Shown here piece by piece: positions 44,436-44,686 of a DNA stretch of 44,686 nucleotides. This DNA is from a virus (taxonomy: Duplodnaviria > Caudoviricetes), in the IMG/VR virus record IMGVR_UViG_3300032233_000392, positions 1 through 44,686 of that record. The stretch is one strand, 5' to 3'. The position numbers were made by a program, and so were the translations under genes. The first letter of the stretch is position 1. Every line of letters starts with the position of its first letter. Below the pieces are notes generated by a model. The model ran no database searches. It worked only from the letters and a program-made list of their open reading frames with translations, and was not told where the DNA came from.

Positions 44436-44686
44436 TTAGGCCTGAGTGTTACTTTGAACGTATGTACCGTCTGATTGGCGAACTACATAAGTTAGCGTTA
44501 ATATACCAGCACCAGAAGTGGCAGTTACGTTAGCTTGAGTAAATGTAATGATCGCATCGCTCGTACCTACGTTAGAACACAATACAGCGGCAGCTGCGTT
44601 GTTATTACCAATCAGTAAGTTAACTACACCAGTATTGGTAAATACGCTACCGTTAGCTGCGGTGTTAATAGCTGTACCATTTACAA
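44436..44686 (-). CDS. Partial (5'-truncated) virion protein, possibly capsid decoration; absent from ORF track
   Basis: Open frame from the window edge: VNGTAINTAANG...TLTYVVRQSDGTYVQSNTQA*. Confidence 0.65.
   Translation of the reverse strand, partial: VNGTAINTAANGSVFTNTGVVNLLIGNNNAAAAVLCSNVGTSDAIITFTQANVTATSGAGILTLTYVVRQSDGTYVQSNTQA

Noticed and set aside
1-44686. Stop-codon reassignment, or an integrated prophage with host flanks
   Set aside because: TAA, TAG and TGA all end genes cleanly with dense coding; no host housekeeping genes, integrase or att-like junction seen

Overview
Nearly the whole window is one lytic-style tailed dsDNA phage genome segment (Caudoviricetes, podovirus-like gene set), tightly packed and translated with the standard code. 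It has two convergent arms. The + strand arm (1-15163) carries small early genes, a VRR-NUC nuclease, a family A DNA polymerase (Leu at the 762-equivalent site), DUF3310, an HTH/sigma-region-4 regulator, a 2OG-Fe(II) oxygenase-like protein, a PD-(D/E)XK nuclease, an HNH nuclease, an SNF2 helicase, an SSB-like protein, a Cro-like HTH and a primase-DUF927 helicase. The - strand arm (15261-44686) carries small basic virion proteins, adaptor/nozzle proteins, two repeat-built tail fibres (one collagen-like, close to a prolyl-hydroxylase-type oxygenase), a lysis cassette and three large ejection-type proteins. Terminase, portal and major capsid genes are not seen and probably lie beyond the right edge. 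No integrase, tRNA, CRISPR array or reverse transcriptase was found. The leading candidates for new biology are: (1) a T4 T-holin/RI-antiholin-like pair, i.e. possible lysis inhibition in a podovirus; (2) a recurring hydrophobic-x-x-GG motif shared by five virion proteins and linked to a tape-measure-type GEFV domain; (3) a ~185-nt multi-stem intergenic RNA whose first 25 nt are exactly duplicated inside an upstream gene; (4) five TGAC-GTCA palindromes that resemble inverted -35 boxes, together with a phage sigma-4-domain protein; (5) a candidate anti-Shine-Dalgarno sRNA at the junction of the two arms. All family assignments are by eye from motifs; no searches were run.
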